DNA of 64,000 nucleotides from Eledone cirrhosa (lineage: Eukaryota): positions 53,072,001 to 53,136,000 of the forward strand of contig OZ024746.1 of NCBI GenBank assembly GCA_964016885.1. The letters are read 5' to 3'. A model generated the notes under the pieces. It was not told the origin of the DNA. It worked only from the letters and a program-made list of their open reading frames with translations, and did no database searches. Positions 36,001 through 47,976 of the stretch are shown piece by piece; position 1 is the first letter of the stretch, and every line of letters starts with the position of its first letter. The translations under genes and the position numbers were made by a program.

Positions 36001-39000
36001 ATTGTAATTAGTGGTTGCTGTGATGGTAGTGTTGTTGTTGTTGTTATTGTAGTTAGTGGTTGCTGTGATGGTAGTTTTGTTGTTGTTGTTATTGTAGTCA
36101 GTGGTTGCTGAGATGGTAGTGTTGTTGCTGTTGTTGTTGTTGTAGTTAGTGGTTGCTGTGATGGTAGTGTTGTTGTAGTTGTTGTAGTTACTGGTTGCTG
36201 TGATGGTAGTGTTGTTGTTGTTATTGTAGTTAGTGGTTGCTGTGATGGTAGTGTTGTTGTTGTTGTTATTGTAGTTAGTGGTTTCTGTGATGGTAGTGTT
36301 GTTGTTGTTATTGTAGTTAGAGATTGCTGAGATGGTAGTGTTGTTGTTGTTGTTATTGTAGTTAGTGGTTGTTGTGATGGTATTGTTGTTGTTGTTATTG
36401 TAGTTAGTGGTTGCTGTGATGGTAGTGTTGTTGTTGTTATTGTATGTAGTGGTTGCTGTTATGGTAGTGTTGTTGTTGTTGTTGTTGTTGTTATTGTATG
36501 TAGTGGTTGCTGTTATGGTAGTGTTGTTGTTGTTATTGTAGTTAGAGATTGCTGAGATGGTAGTGTTGTTGTTATTGTAGTTAGTGGTTGCTGTGATGGT
36601 AGTGTTGTTGTTATTGTAGTTAGTGGTTGCTGTGATGGTAGTGTTGTTGTTGTTGTTATTGTAGTTAGTGGTTGCTGTGATGGTAGTGTTGTTGTTGTTG
36701 TTGTTATTGTAGTTAGTGGTTTCTGTGATGGTAGTGTTGTTGTTGTTATTGTAGTTAGTGGTTCCTGTGATGGTAGTGTTGTTGTTGTTATTGTAGTTAG
36801 TGGTTGCTGTGATGGTAGTGTTGTTGTTGTTATTGTAGTTAGTGGTTCCTGTGATGGTAGTGTTGTTGTTGTTGTTATTGTAGTTAGTGGTTGCTGTGAT
36901 GGTAGTTTTGTTGTTGTTATTGTAGTTAGAGGTTGCTGAGATGGTAGTGTTGTTGTTGTTGTTATTGTAGTTAGTGGTTGCTGTGATGGTAGTTTTGTTG
37001 TTGTTATTGTAGTTAGAGGTTGCTGAGATGGTAGTGTTGTTGTTGTTATTGTAGTTAGTGGTTGCTGAGATGTTAGTTTTTTGTTTTTGTTGTAGTTAGT
37101 GGTTGCTGAGATGGTAGTGTTGTTGTTGTTATTGTGGTTAGAGGTTGCTGTGATGGTAGTGTTGTTGTTGTTGTTATTGTAGTTAGTGGTTGCTGTGATG
37201 GTAGTGTTGTTGTTGTTGTTATTGTAGTTAGTGGTTGCTGTGATGGTAGTGTTGTTGTTGTAGTAGTTAGTGGTTGCTGTCATGATAGTGTTGTTGTTGT
37301 TATTATAGTTAGTGGTTGTGTGATGGTAGTTGTGTTGTTGTTGTTGTAGTTAGTGGTTCCTGAGATGGTTGTGTTGTTGTTGTTATTGTAGTTAGTGGTT
37401 GCTGTGATGGTAGTGTTGTTGTTGTTATTGTAGTTAGTGGTTGCTGTGATGGTAGTGTTGTTGTTGTTATTGTAGTTAGTGGTTGCTGTGATGGTAGTGT
37501 TGTTGTTGTTATTGTAGTTAGTGGTTGCTGTGATGGTAGTGTTGTTGTTGTTATTGTAGTTAGTGGTTGCTGTGATAGTTGTGTTGTTGTTGTTGTAGTT
37601 AGTGGTTGCTGAGATGGTTGTGTTGTTGTTGTTATTGTAGTAAGATGTTGCTGTGATGGTAGTGTTGTTGTTGTTATTGTAGTTAGTGGTTGCTGTGATA
37701 GTTGTGTTGTTGTTGTAGTTAGTGGTTGGTGAGATGGTAGTGTTGTTGTTGTTATTGTAGTTAGTGGTTGCTGTGATGGTAGTGTTGTTGTTGTTATTGT
37801 AGTTAGTGGTTGTTGTGATGGTAGTGTTGTTGTTGTTATTGTAGTTAGTGGTTGCTGTGATGGTAGTGTTGTTGTTGTTGTTGTAGTTAGTGGTTGCTGT
37901 GATGGTAGTGTTGTTGTTGTTGTTATTGTAGTTAGTGGTTGCTGTGATGGTAGTTTTGTTGTTGTTGTTATTGTAGTCAGTGGTTGCTGAGATGGTAGTG
38001 TTGTTGCTGTTGTTATTGTAGTTAGTGGTTGCTGTGATGGTAGTGTTGTTGTTGTTATTGTAGTTAGAGATTGCTGAGATGGTAGTGTTGTTGTTATTGT
38101 AGTTAGTGGTTGCTGTGATGGTAGTGTTGTTGTTGTTGTTATTGTAGTTATTGGTTGCTGTGATGGTAGTGTTGTTGTTGTTGTTATTGTAGTTAGTGGT
38201 TGCTGTGATGGTAGTGTTGTTGTTGTTGTTATTGTAGTTAGTGGTTGCTGTGATGGTAGTGTTGTTGTTGTTGTTATTGTAGTTAGTGGTTGCTGTGATG
38301 GTAGTGTTGTTGTTGTTGTTATTGTAGTTAGAGATTGCTGAGATGGTAGTGTTGTTGTTGTTGTTATTGTAGTTAGTGGTTGTTGTGATGGTAGTGTTGT
38401 TGTTGTTATTGTAGTTAGTGGTTGCTGTGATGGTAGTGTTGTTGTTGTTGTTATTGTAGTTAGTGTTTGCTGAGATGGTAGTGTTGTTGTTGTTGTTATT
38501 GTAGTTAGTGGTTGCTGAGATGGTAGTGTTGTTGTTGTTGTTATTGTAGTTAGAGATTGCTGAGATGGTAGTGTTGTTGTTGTTGTTATTGTAGTTAGAG
38601 ATTGCTGAGATGGTAGTGTTGTTGTTGTTGTTATTGTAGTTAGTGGTTGCTGAGATGGTAGTGTTGTTGTTGTTGTTATTGTAGTTAGAGATTGCTGAGA
38701 TGGTAGTGTTGTTGTTGTTGTTGTTGTTATTGTAGTTAGTGGTTTCTGTGATGGTAGTGTTGTTGTTGTTATTGTAGTTAGTGGTTCCTGTGATGGTAGT
38801 GTTGTTGTTGTTATTGTAGTTAGTGGTTGCTGTGATGGTAGTGTTGTTGTTGTTATTGTAGTTAGTGGTTCCTGTGATGGTAGTGTTGTTGTTGTTGTTA
38901 TTGTAGTTAGTGGTTGCTGTGATGGTAGTTTTGTTGTTGTTATTGTAGTTAGAGGTTGCTGAGATGGTAGTGTTGTTGTTGTTGTTATTGTAGTTAGTGG

Positions 39001-41863
39001 TTGCTGTGATGGTAGTTTTGTTGTTGTTATTGTAGTTAGAGGTTGCTGAGATGGTAGTGTTGTTGTTGTTATTGTAGTTAGTGGTTGCTGAGATGTTAGT
39101 TTTTTGTTTTTGTTGTAGTTAGTGGTTGCTGAGATGGTAGTGTTGTTGTTGTTATTGTGGTTAGAGGTTGCTGTGATGGTAGTGTTGTTGTTGTTGTTAT
39201 TGTAGTTAGTGGTTGCTGTGATGGTAGTGTTGTTGTTGTTGTTATTGTAGTTAGTGGTTGCTGTGATGGTAGTGTTGTTGTTGTAGTAGTTAGTGGTTGC
39301 TGTCATGATAGTGTTGTTGTTGTTATTATAGTTAGTGGTTGTGTGATGGTAGTTGTGTTGTTGTTGTTGTAGTTAGTGGTTCCTGAGATGGTTGTGTTGT
39401 TGTTGTTATTGTAGTTAGTGGTTGCTGTGATGGTAGTGTTGTTGTTGTTATTGTAGTTAGTGGTTGCTGTGATGGTAGTGTTGTTGTTGTTATTGTAGTT
39501 AGTGGTTGCTGTGATGGTAGTGTTGTTGTTGTTATTGTAGTTAGTGGTTGCTGTGATGGTAGTGTTGTTGTTGTTATTGTAGTTAGTGGTTGCTGTGATA
39601 GTTGTGTTGTTGTTGTTGTAGTTAGTGGTTGCTGAGATGGTTGTGTTGTTGTTGTTATTGTAGTAAGATGTTGCTGTGATGGTAGTGTTGTTGTTGTTAT
39701 TGTAGTTAGTGGTTGCTGTGATAGTTGTGTTGTTGTTGTAGTTAGTGGTTGGTGAGATGGTAGTGTTGTTGTTGTTATTGTAGTTAGTGGTTGCTGTGAT
39801 GGTAGTGTTGTTGTTGTTATTGTAGTTAGTGGTTGCTGTGATGGTAGTGTTGTTGTTGTTGTTGTAGTTAGTGGTTGCTGTGATGGTAGTGTTGTTGTTG
39901 TTGTTATTGTAGTTAGTGGTTGCTGTGATGGTAGTGTTGTTGTTGTTATTGTAGTTAGAGATTGCTGAGATGGTAGTGTTGTTGTTATTGTAGTTAGTGG
40001 TTGCTGTGATGGTAGTGTTGTTGTTGTTGTTATTGTAGTTATTGGTTGCTGTGATGGTAGTGTTGTTGTTGTTGTTATTGTAGTTAGTGGTTGCTGTGAT
40101 GGTAGTGTTGTTGTTGTTGTTATTGTAGTTAGTGGTTGCTGTGATGGTAGTGTTGTTGTTGTTGTTATTGTAGTTAGTGGTTGCTGTGATGGTAGTGTTG
40201 TTGTTGTTGTTATTGTAGTTAGAGATTGCTGAGATGGTAGTGTTGTTGTTGTTGTTATTGTAGTTAGTGGTTGTTGTGATGGTAGTGTTGTTGTTGTTAT
40301 TGTAGTTAGTGGTTGCTGTGATGGTAGTGTTGTTGTTGTTGTTATTGTAGTTAGTGTTTGCTGAGATGGTAGTGTTGTTGTTGTTGTTATTGTAGTTAGT
40401 GGTTGCTGAGATGGTAGTGTTGTTGTTGTTGTTATTGTAGTTAGAGATTGCTGAGATGGTAGTGTTGTTGTTGTTGTTATTGTAGTTAGAGATTGCTGAG
40501 ATGGTAGTGTTGTTGTTGTTGTTATTGTAGTTAGTGGTTGCTGAGATGGTAGTGTTGTTGTTGTTGTTATTGTAGTTAGAGATTGCTGAGATGGTAGTGT
40601 TGTTGTTGTTGTTGTTGTTATTGTAGTTAGTGGTTGCTGAGATGGTAGTGTTGTTGTTGTTGTTATTGTAGTTAGAGATTGCTGAGATGGTAGTGTTGTT
40701 GTTGTTGTTATTGTAGTTAGAGATTGCTGAGATGGTAGTGTTGTTGTTGTTGTTATTGTATGTAGTGGTTGCTGTTATGGTAGTGTTGTTGTTGTTGTTG
40801 TTATTGTAGTTAGTGGTTGCTGTTATGGTAGTGTTGTTGTTGTTATTGTAGTTAGAGATTGCTGAGATGGTAGTGTTGTTGTTGTTGTTATTGTAGTTAG
40901 TTGTTGTTGTGATGGTAGTGTTGTTGTTATTGTAGTTAGTGGTTGCTGTGATGGTAGTGTTGTTGTTATTGTAATTAGTGGTTGCTGTGATGGTAGTGTT
41001 GTTGTTGTTGTTGTAGTTAGAGGTTGCTGTGATGGTAGTGTTGTTGTTGTTATTGTAGTTAGTGGTTGCTGTGATGGTAGTGTTGTTGTTGTTGTTGTAG
41101 TTAGAAGTTGCTGTGATGGTAGTGTTGTTGTTGTTATTGTAGTTAGTGGTTGCTGTGATGGTAGTGTTGTTGTTGTTGTAGTTAGTGGTTGCTGTGATGG
41201 TAGTGTTGTTGTTGTTATTGTAGTTAGTGGTTGCTGTGATGGTAGTGTTGTTGTTGTTGTTGTAGTTAGAGGTTGCTGTGTTGGTAGTGTTGTTGTTGTT
41301 GTTGTAGTTAGAGCTTGCTGTGATGGTAGTGTTGTTGTTGTTATTGTAGTTAGTGGTTGCTGTGATGGAAGTGTTGTTGTTGTTGTTGTTGTTGTAGTTA
41401 GTGGTTGCTGTGGTGGTAGTGTTGTTGTTGTTGTTACTGTAGTTCGTGGTTGCTGAGATGGTAGTGTTGTTGTTGTTGTTATTGTAGTTAGTGGTTGCTG
41501 AGATGGTAGTGTTGTTGTTGTTGTTGTAGTTAGTGGTTGCTGTGATGGTAGTGTTGTTGTTGTTGTTATTGTAGTTAGTGGTTCCTGTGATGGTAGTGTT
41601 GTTGTTGTTGTTATTGTAGTTAGTGGTTCCTGTGATGGTAGTGTTGTTGTTGTTGTTATTGTAGTTAGAGGTTGCTGTGATGGTAGTGTTGTTGTTGTTG
41701 CTATTGTAGTTAGTGGTTGCTGTGATGGTAGTGTTGTTGTTGTTATTGTAGTTAGTGGTTCCTGTGATGGTAGTGTTGTTGTTGTTGTTATTGTAGTTAG
41801 TGGTTCCTGTGATGGTAGTGTTGTTGTTGTTGTTATTGTAGTTAGAGGTTGCTGAGATGGTAG

Positions 41864-41900
<37 letters not shown>

Positions 41901-42625
41901 AGTGGTTGCTGAGATGGTAGTGTTGTTGTTGTTGTTGTTATTGTAGTTAGTGGTTGCTGAGATGGTACTGTTGTTGTTATTGTTGTAGATAGTGGTTGCT
42001 GTGATGGTAGTGTTGTTGTTGTTGTTTTTGTTGTAGTTAGTGGTTGCTGTGATGGTAGTGTTGCTGTTGTTATTGTAGTTAGTGGTTGCTGTGATGGTAG
42101 TGTTGTTGTTGTTGTTGTTGTAGTTAGTGGTTGCTAAGATGGTAGTGTTGTTGTTTTTGTTGTTGTAGTTAGTGGTTGCTGAGATGGTAGTGTTGTTGTT
42201 GTTGTTGTAGTTAGTGGTTGCTGTGATGGTAGTGTTGTTGTAGTTGTTGTAGTTAGTTGTTGCTGTGATGGTAGTGTTGTTGTTGTTGTTATTGTAGTTC
42301 GTGGTTGCTGAGATGGTAGTGTTGTTGTTGTTGTTATTGTAGTTAGTGGTTGCTGAGATGGTAGTGTTGCTGTTGTTGTTGTAGTTAGTGGTTGCTGTGA
42401 TGGTAGTGTTGTTGTTGTTGTTATTGTAGTTAGTGGTTGCTGTGATGGTAGTGTTGTTGTTGTTGTTGTAGTTAGTGGTTGCTGTCATGGTAGTGTTGTT
42501 GTTGTTGTAGTTAGTGGTTGCTGTGATGGTAGTGTTGTTGTTGTTGTTGTTATTGTAGTTAGTGGTTGCTGAGATGTTAGTGTTGTTGTTGTTGTTATTG
42601 TAGTTAGTGGTTGCTGAGATGGTAG

Positions 42626-42658
<33 letters not shown>

Positions 42659-43109
42659 AGTTAGTGGTTGCTGTGGTGGTAGTGTTGTTGTTGTTGTTGT
42701 TGTTGTTGTTGTGTAGTTAGTGGTTGATGTGATGGTAGTGTTGTTGTTGTTATTGTAGTTAGTGGTTGCTGAGATGGTAGTGTTGTTGTTGTTGTTAGTG
42801 GTTGCTGTGATGGTAGTGTTTGTTGTTGTTGTTATTGTAGTTAGTTGTTGCTGTGATGGTAGTGTTGTTGTTGTTTTAGTTAGTGGTTGCTGTGATAGTA
42901 GTGTTGTTGTTGTTGTTATTGTAGTTAGTGGTTGTTGTGATGGTAGTGTTGTTGTTGTTGTTGTAGTTAGTGATTTCTGTGAGTGTAGTGTTGTTGGTGT
43001 TGTTGTAGTTAGTGGTTGCTGTGATAGTAGTTTTTTTGTTGTTATTATTGTAATTAGTGGTTGCAGTGATGGTAGTGTTGTTGTTGTAGTTAGTGGTTGC
43101 TGTGATCGT
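1..43109. repeat. Large GT-rich minisatellite array with (GTT)n-variable ~36-50 bp monomer and kb-scale higher-order repeats; extends past the window start
   Basis: Continuous tandem units GGTTGCTG(T/A)GATGGTAGT(GTT)nATTGTAGTTAGT, with length varying mainly in GTT steps. Rare variants recur as blocks, e.g. identical 60-aa ORFs at 2779, 4990, 6727, 8809 and 10900. Confidence 0.98.
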
Positions 43110-43535
43110 ACTAACCTTCCTCCGGCCCGGCATAATAATCACATCTTAGGCAACAAAACAGCTGATCATATTGGAACCTACAATGCTTCTGGTATGGTGC
43201 ATCGAAGACACCAACGAGGGGAAACGTATAACTTACCAAGAGCTTGTTGAAAAATGTTATGGCAGAGGGCGAGAAGACGCATTGTGATCCCTTTGAGGTA
43301 GACTGCAGTGGCTTAGTTTCTACATGGGAGTAGCAAAGTAGAAGAGCCAGTCAACCCGCGAGCGAAGGTCCAAGGAAGGTCACGGATGGCTTTGGTTTAA
43401 AAGGGCTGCACCGTGGGCAGTTGCTATTGGAATAAATGTTGAAGCGTAATCAATCCTCTATGACGTTGAAAGATTCGAAACACCCAATGGCCTCGGGTCA
43501 TGTCACTGATGATACGTTTAAGCTCATCTAGGAAT
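43110..43535 (+). mobile_element. Decayed 3' fragment of a HERO-like (R2-group, restriction-like endonuclease) non-LTR retrotransposon
   Basis: From 43120 it translates LRPGIIITS*ATKQLIILEPTM...NEGKRITYQELVEKCYGRG, then after a frameshift KTHCDPFEVDCSG...WLWFKR. This matches the RLE pattern RPD..IIELTVPW..E+K..KY..L..C..GW...PIEVGCRG..WLW.KR and is followed by a short 3' UTR. Confidence 0.8.
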
Positions 43536-43773
43536 ATATATACCTTGCACATACTGTTTGACCATGAGCATAAGCTGCTTAGCCAAATGCAGGTGTAGTG
43601 AATTAATTTCTTTTTCTATATAGTGGTATATTTTTATGTATATGTTTATATATTTTTATCTAATTACCTACAGCTACCTACAGCTACCCACAGTAGTAAA
43701 CGTATACTCCCATAATTACCCGTCATATGACGGGTACCATTGTAAGGATGATGGGACATGGGCAGACAGACAG

Positions 43774-43778
<5 letters not shown>

Positions 43779-43807
<29 letters not shown>
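43779..43807. repeat. (TA)n microsatellite flanking the left inverted arm
   Basis: Direct reading. Confidence 0.9.
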
Positions 43808-43813
<6 letters not shown>

Positions 43814-43845
43814 AGATCAAAAGATGGTTAAAGGAGTTCAATATA

Positions 43846-43912
43846 TTTTATTATGCGCATTTCAAAAACAAACATCATCAAACAATAATATTTGTGTTTT
43901 CATCAGATAAAA
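43846..43912 (-). ncRNA. Minimal type I hammerhead ribozyme (left-arm copy)
   Basis: Reverse complement of the motif at 46302-46368. Confidence 0.8.
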
Positions 43913-44861
43913 CAGGAGAACATGATATGAAGGCTAAAAAAACACTTGTTGATAGTGCAGTTTTAAATCAACATATGAAAAGTGGTTTTAGATTGATGTG
44001 TGATATTGGGAAAAATATTTTATTTAGAGAGGGGGGGAGAGAAAAGGATGAAAAGGGAAGGAGATGAGAGGGAGAGATGGGTGATAGAGAGAAAGAGATA
44101 GTTTTTATAACAGAGAGGAGATATATTTTATATAGAGGGGTTGAAAACCGTTGGAAGATACTGTATAAATTAAAAATTTTGAAAATTAACGAAGGGAGGA
44201 TATGTGCGAGGAAAAAATATATTATATTTAGGGAGGGGTGGGGGTGGAAAGGATGAAAAAAAAAGGGGAGGAGATGAGAGTGAAGGTGGAAAGGGAGAGA
44301 TGGGTGATAGAGAGAAAGAGATAGTTTTTATAACTGAGAGAAAGATATAATGTTTTAATATAGAGAGGTTGGGAACCGTTGGAAGATAATGTATAAATTA
44401 AAGGAATTTGAAAATTAACGAAGGGAAATTATGTATGGAGATAGAGAGAAAAAAATAACGAAGGGAGATTATGTATGGAGATAGAGAGAAAAAAAAAAAA
44501 AAAATAATAATTGTGGGTGAATATTCAAAAGGAGAAATGTAGGAATCTTAAAATTAGCAAAGAGAAAATGTTTATGTATAGGATTTGAGAAAAATTTATA
44601 TTGAATTCATATGTATTAATAATGAGTTCGTTGATGGGGAGAAAAAAATAATAATAATAAATTAAGGATGAAATTGAGATTAAAAAGATTTATGATAGAG
44701 AGAAAAAATAATAATGATTGCGGATGAATACTCAAAATGTCAAAAACAAATGTTATTGTTTTACGAAGAGATATAATGAGGGTGATGAGTAAACGGGTAT
44801 TATAGAGTGTATAATGCCCTTTAAAGTAAGGTAGATGGGTATATTTTAAAGAATATATGAG

Positions 44862-44896
<35 letters not shown>

Positions 44897-44898
<2 letters not shown>

Positions 44899-45046
44899 CA
44901 GTTCTCTATCTAAAATCTGTAATCTCTGCCTAAATGAAAAATTTACCATTATCTCTAACCTAGAATCCATAATAAATAGACGCTCGGATTTGTTTTCCAT
45001 CTGCCTTCATAAATTCCATAGAACTTTTCACAAAGTATACAGTTAA
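44897..45046 (+). pseudogene. C-terminal fragment of a PLE GIY-YIG endonuclease
   Basis: NSSLSKICNLCLNEKFTIISNLESIINRRSDLFSICLHKFHRTFHKVYS* fits the Penelope C-terminal pattern C.LCL.EK..I......LN.RSE....C.H. Confidence 0.8.
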
Positions 45047-45308
45047 TATTCAATTCTTTATCAATTTAGAATCTTTTCTCAAAGGCACATATACATACAC
45101 CTCTTTAAAATATACCCATCTACCTTACTTTAAAGGGCATTATACACTCTATAGTACTCGTTTATTCATTTACCTCATCCTATCTTCTCGTAAAACAATA
45201 ACATTTGTTTTTGACATTTTGAATATTCATCCGCAATCATTATTATTTTTTTTCCCTCTATCATAAATCTTTTTAATCTCAATTTCATCCTTAATTTATT
45301 ATTATATA

Positions 45309-45354
<46 letters not shown>

Positions 45355-46301
45355 CTCATATATTCTTTAAAATATACCCATCTACCTTACTTTAAAGGGC
45401 ATTATACACTCTATAATACCCGTTTACTCATCACCCTCATTATATCTCTTCGTAAAACAATAACATTTGTTTTTGACATTTTGAGTATTCATCCGCAATC
45501 ATTATTATTTTTTCTCTCTATCATAAATCTTTTTAATCTCAATTTCATCCTTAATTTATTATTATTATTTTTTTCTCCCCATCAACGAACTCATTATTAA
45601 TACATATGAATTCAATATAAATTTTTCTCAAATCCTATACATAAACATTTTCTCTTTGCTAATTTTAAGATTCCTACATTTCTCCTTTTGAATATTCACC
45701 CACAATTATTATTTTTTTTTTTTTTTTCTCTCTATCTCCATACATAATCTCCCTTCGTTATTTTTTTCTCTCTATCTCCATACATAATTTCCCTTCGTTA
45801 ATTTTCAAATTCCTTTAATTTATACATTATCTTCCAACGGTTCCCAACCTCTCTATATTAAAACATTATATCTTTCTCTCAGTTATAAAAACTATCTCTT
45901 TCTCTCTATCACCCATCTCTCCCTTTCCACCTTCACTCTCATCTCCTCCCCTTTTTTTCATCCTTTCCACCCCCACCCCTCCCTAAATATAATATATTTT
46001 TTCCTCGCACATATCCTCCCTTCGTTAATTTTCAAAATTTTTAATTTATACAGTATCTTCCAACGGTTTTCAACCCCTCTATATAAAATATATCTCCTCT
46101 CTGTTATAAAAACTATCTCTTTCTCTCTATCACCCATCTCTCCCTCTCATCTCCTTCCCTTTTCATCCTTTTCTCTCCCCCCCTCTCTAAATAAAATATT
46201 TTTCCCAATATCACACATCAATCTAAAACCACTTTTCATATGTTGATTTAAAACTGCACTATCAACAAGTGTTTTTTTAGCCTTCATATCATGTTCTCCT
46301 G

Positions 46302-46368
46302 TTTTATCTGATGAAAACACAAATATTATTGTTTGATGATGTTTGTTTTTGAAATGCGCATAATAAAA
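46302..46368 (+). ncRNA. Minimal type I hammerhead ribozyme (right-arm copy)
   Basis: TTTTAT-CTGATGA-[stem II ACAAATATTATT/GATGATGTTTGT]-GAA-ATGCGCAT-A-ATAAAA. The core is intact, stem I is TTTTAT/ATAAAA and stem III is palindromic. Confidence 0.85.
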
Positions 46369-46494
46369 TATATTGAACTCCTTTAACCATCTTTTGATCT
46401 TATATTATGCATACTCCAGTCCCACAAACTGTAGAGTGCTTCTTATCCGATATATGCATTGCTTTATTGTACTACAATAAAACTCACCTCCTAC

Positions 46495-46617
<123 letters not shown>

Positions 46618-47312
46618 AATGATTATTCTCACATTAAATAGCTCTGTGTGGGGGATTACGAAGAATTGTTTACTTCGTTTCCCGAATTGTTTCCTTGCTT
46701 TTGAATAAGTCGGGGGTTTTCGTTGTTGTTATTTTTCTTGTGTGATCTCTTGTAAAAACGGGAAAAGAAAGAATAAAGAAAAAAATCACTCCTCAACTAT
46801 TTGACAACACATTTTCTAAAGAATTTACAAAGTTAAGTTGAGTGAAATGTGAGCCAGACTTTTCAAAGACTTTCAGGCGACTTTAATAACTTTGAACACA
46901 TCACAATGGCGTCAGATTAAGTGAAAAGTTATCCGATAAAGCCGTCCTAGGTTTGTCAGTAACAAAAAACTGGTTTCGGTTTCACTTAGAACTACCGATG
47001 GCTCCGCTGTGCTAAGAGTTTTCTGCCATTTTTTTTTTTTGCAAAACGTTCTACGAAAATTCAAAAATATAACATAGACTTGCTTGTGTTCTTGTGAAAG
47101 TTGTAATTGGTATTTTTATTGTTGTTGTTAAGAAAACGGCCGGTGGGGGGCGTATATTTAAATTTCTTTCTTTTTTTTTATTTACTCTAAAATAAGAACG
47201 AAACTTATTGACCTAGATCTAAAGGAATATTTAATATTTTCTGTTAGGTTTTCTTTTAATTTTTAAAATTCCAACAGCAGTTACATTTCTATTTTATTTT
47301 AAACAACACATT

Positions 47313-47450
47313 GGGGACGCAGCATGTCCAAATGGATAAGAAATTTGCTGTGCAACCATTAGGTCTCGGCTTCAATCCTACTGCGTGACATCTTGGGCAA
47401 CTGTCAATATGACCCAAGGGGAATTGGGAGGCAAGAAATTGCTTCGAAGT
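47313..47450 (+). mobile_element. Decayed tRNA-derived SINE head with CORE-like segment
   Basis: A-box-like start, B-box-like GCTTCAATCC, then GTGACATCTTGGGCAA resembling the CORE motif. Confidence 0.5.
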
Positions 47451-47906
47451 TGGTATGATAGGCGGTATTTGCAATTCAAAGGATTTTATCATACAGTGTA
47501 TTATGCTGAGTCATTCTGAGAACTTTAATAAGGGTATACGTGTCTGTTGAATGCTCAGCTACTTGTTAATTTCACGAGCAGGCCCTTTCGTTAATCGAAC
47601 ACATGGAACAGTCGAAACTGGAGGTCCATTCCAAAGAACATGAAAAAATTATCTTGGCTATTTCTAGAACTTTCTTCGTATTTGTGCAAGCGTAGGCATA
47701 CCACGAACCTTTGGGTTCAGTCGAGCTGAGCGGAAGCTTGTACAGTGGGATTGGGAAGACGGAAACTGCAGAAACAATTTGTGCGTGTATATATATATAT
47801 AACCAAAGATTAATATGGTTCATTGATTACTCAATGAACCATATTAATGACTGCCAATACTGGAATTGAACCATCAAGACCGTTGAGGTATGCTATACAT
47901 CAATTC

Positions 47907-47976
47907 ATGTATTTGATCTGACGAGGACGTACTGAAAAAACACCACAGTACCTTCGAAATATATATAATAAAACAT
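47907..47976 (+). ncRNA. Minimal hammerhead ribozyme motif
   Basis: CTGACGA-[GTACTG...CAGTAC stem II]-GAA-ATATATAT-A-ATAAAACAT, with imperfect stem I against ATGTATTTGAT. Confidence 0.7.

Noticed and set aside
12200-36500. Compensating -1/+1 frameshifts preserving a reading frame
   Set aside because: +1 variants (TTAATTGG) outnumber -1 variants, are not strictly paired, and create a stop in the N/T frame.
1-43109. CRISPR-like repeat-spacer array
   Set aside because: The variable part is only (GTT)n length, not unique spacers. There are no cas genes and the context is eukaryotic.
1-43109. Telomeric repeat (TTAGTGG/TTAGAGG resembling TTAGGG)
   Set aside because: No TTAGGG runs were seen, and the G-rich strand runs toward the flanking sequence, opposite to a terminal telomere at the left.
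42876-43142. ORF starting in the HERO-like fragment and entering the satellite as the start of a giant protein
   Set aside because: It stops after 88 codons, and a frameshift near 42711 separates it from the long frame.
2779-43250. V/G/C-rich plus-strand and N/T- or TTLPSQQP-rich minus-strand ORFs as genes
   Set aside because: They follow automatically from a triplet-phased monomer, switch frame at satellite indels, and have no unique domain or signal peptide.
43717-43737. Palindrome TACCCGTCATATGACGGGTA
   Set aside because: Isolated and short, with no associated element boundaries identified.
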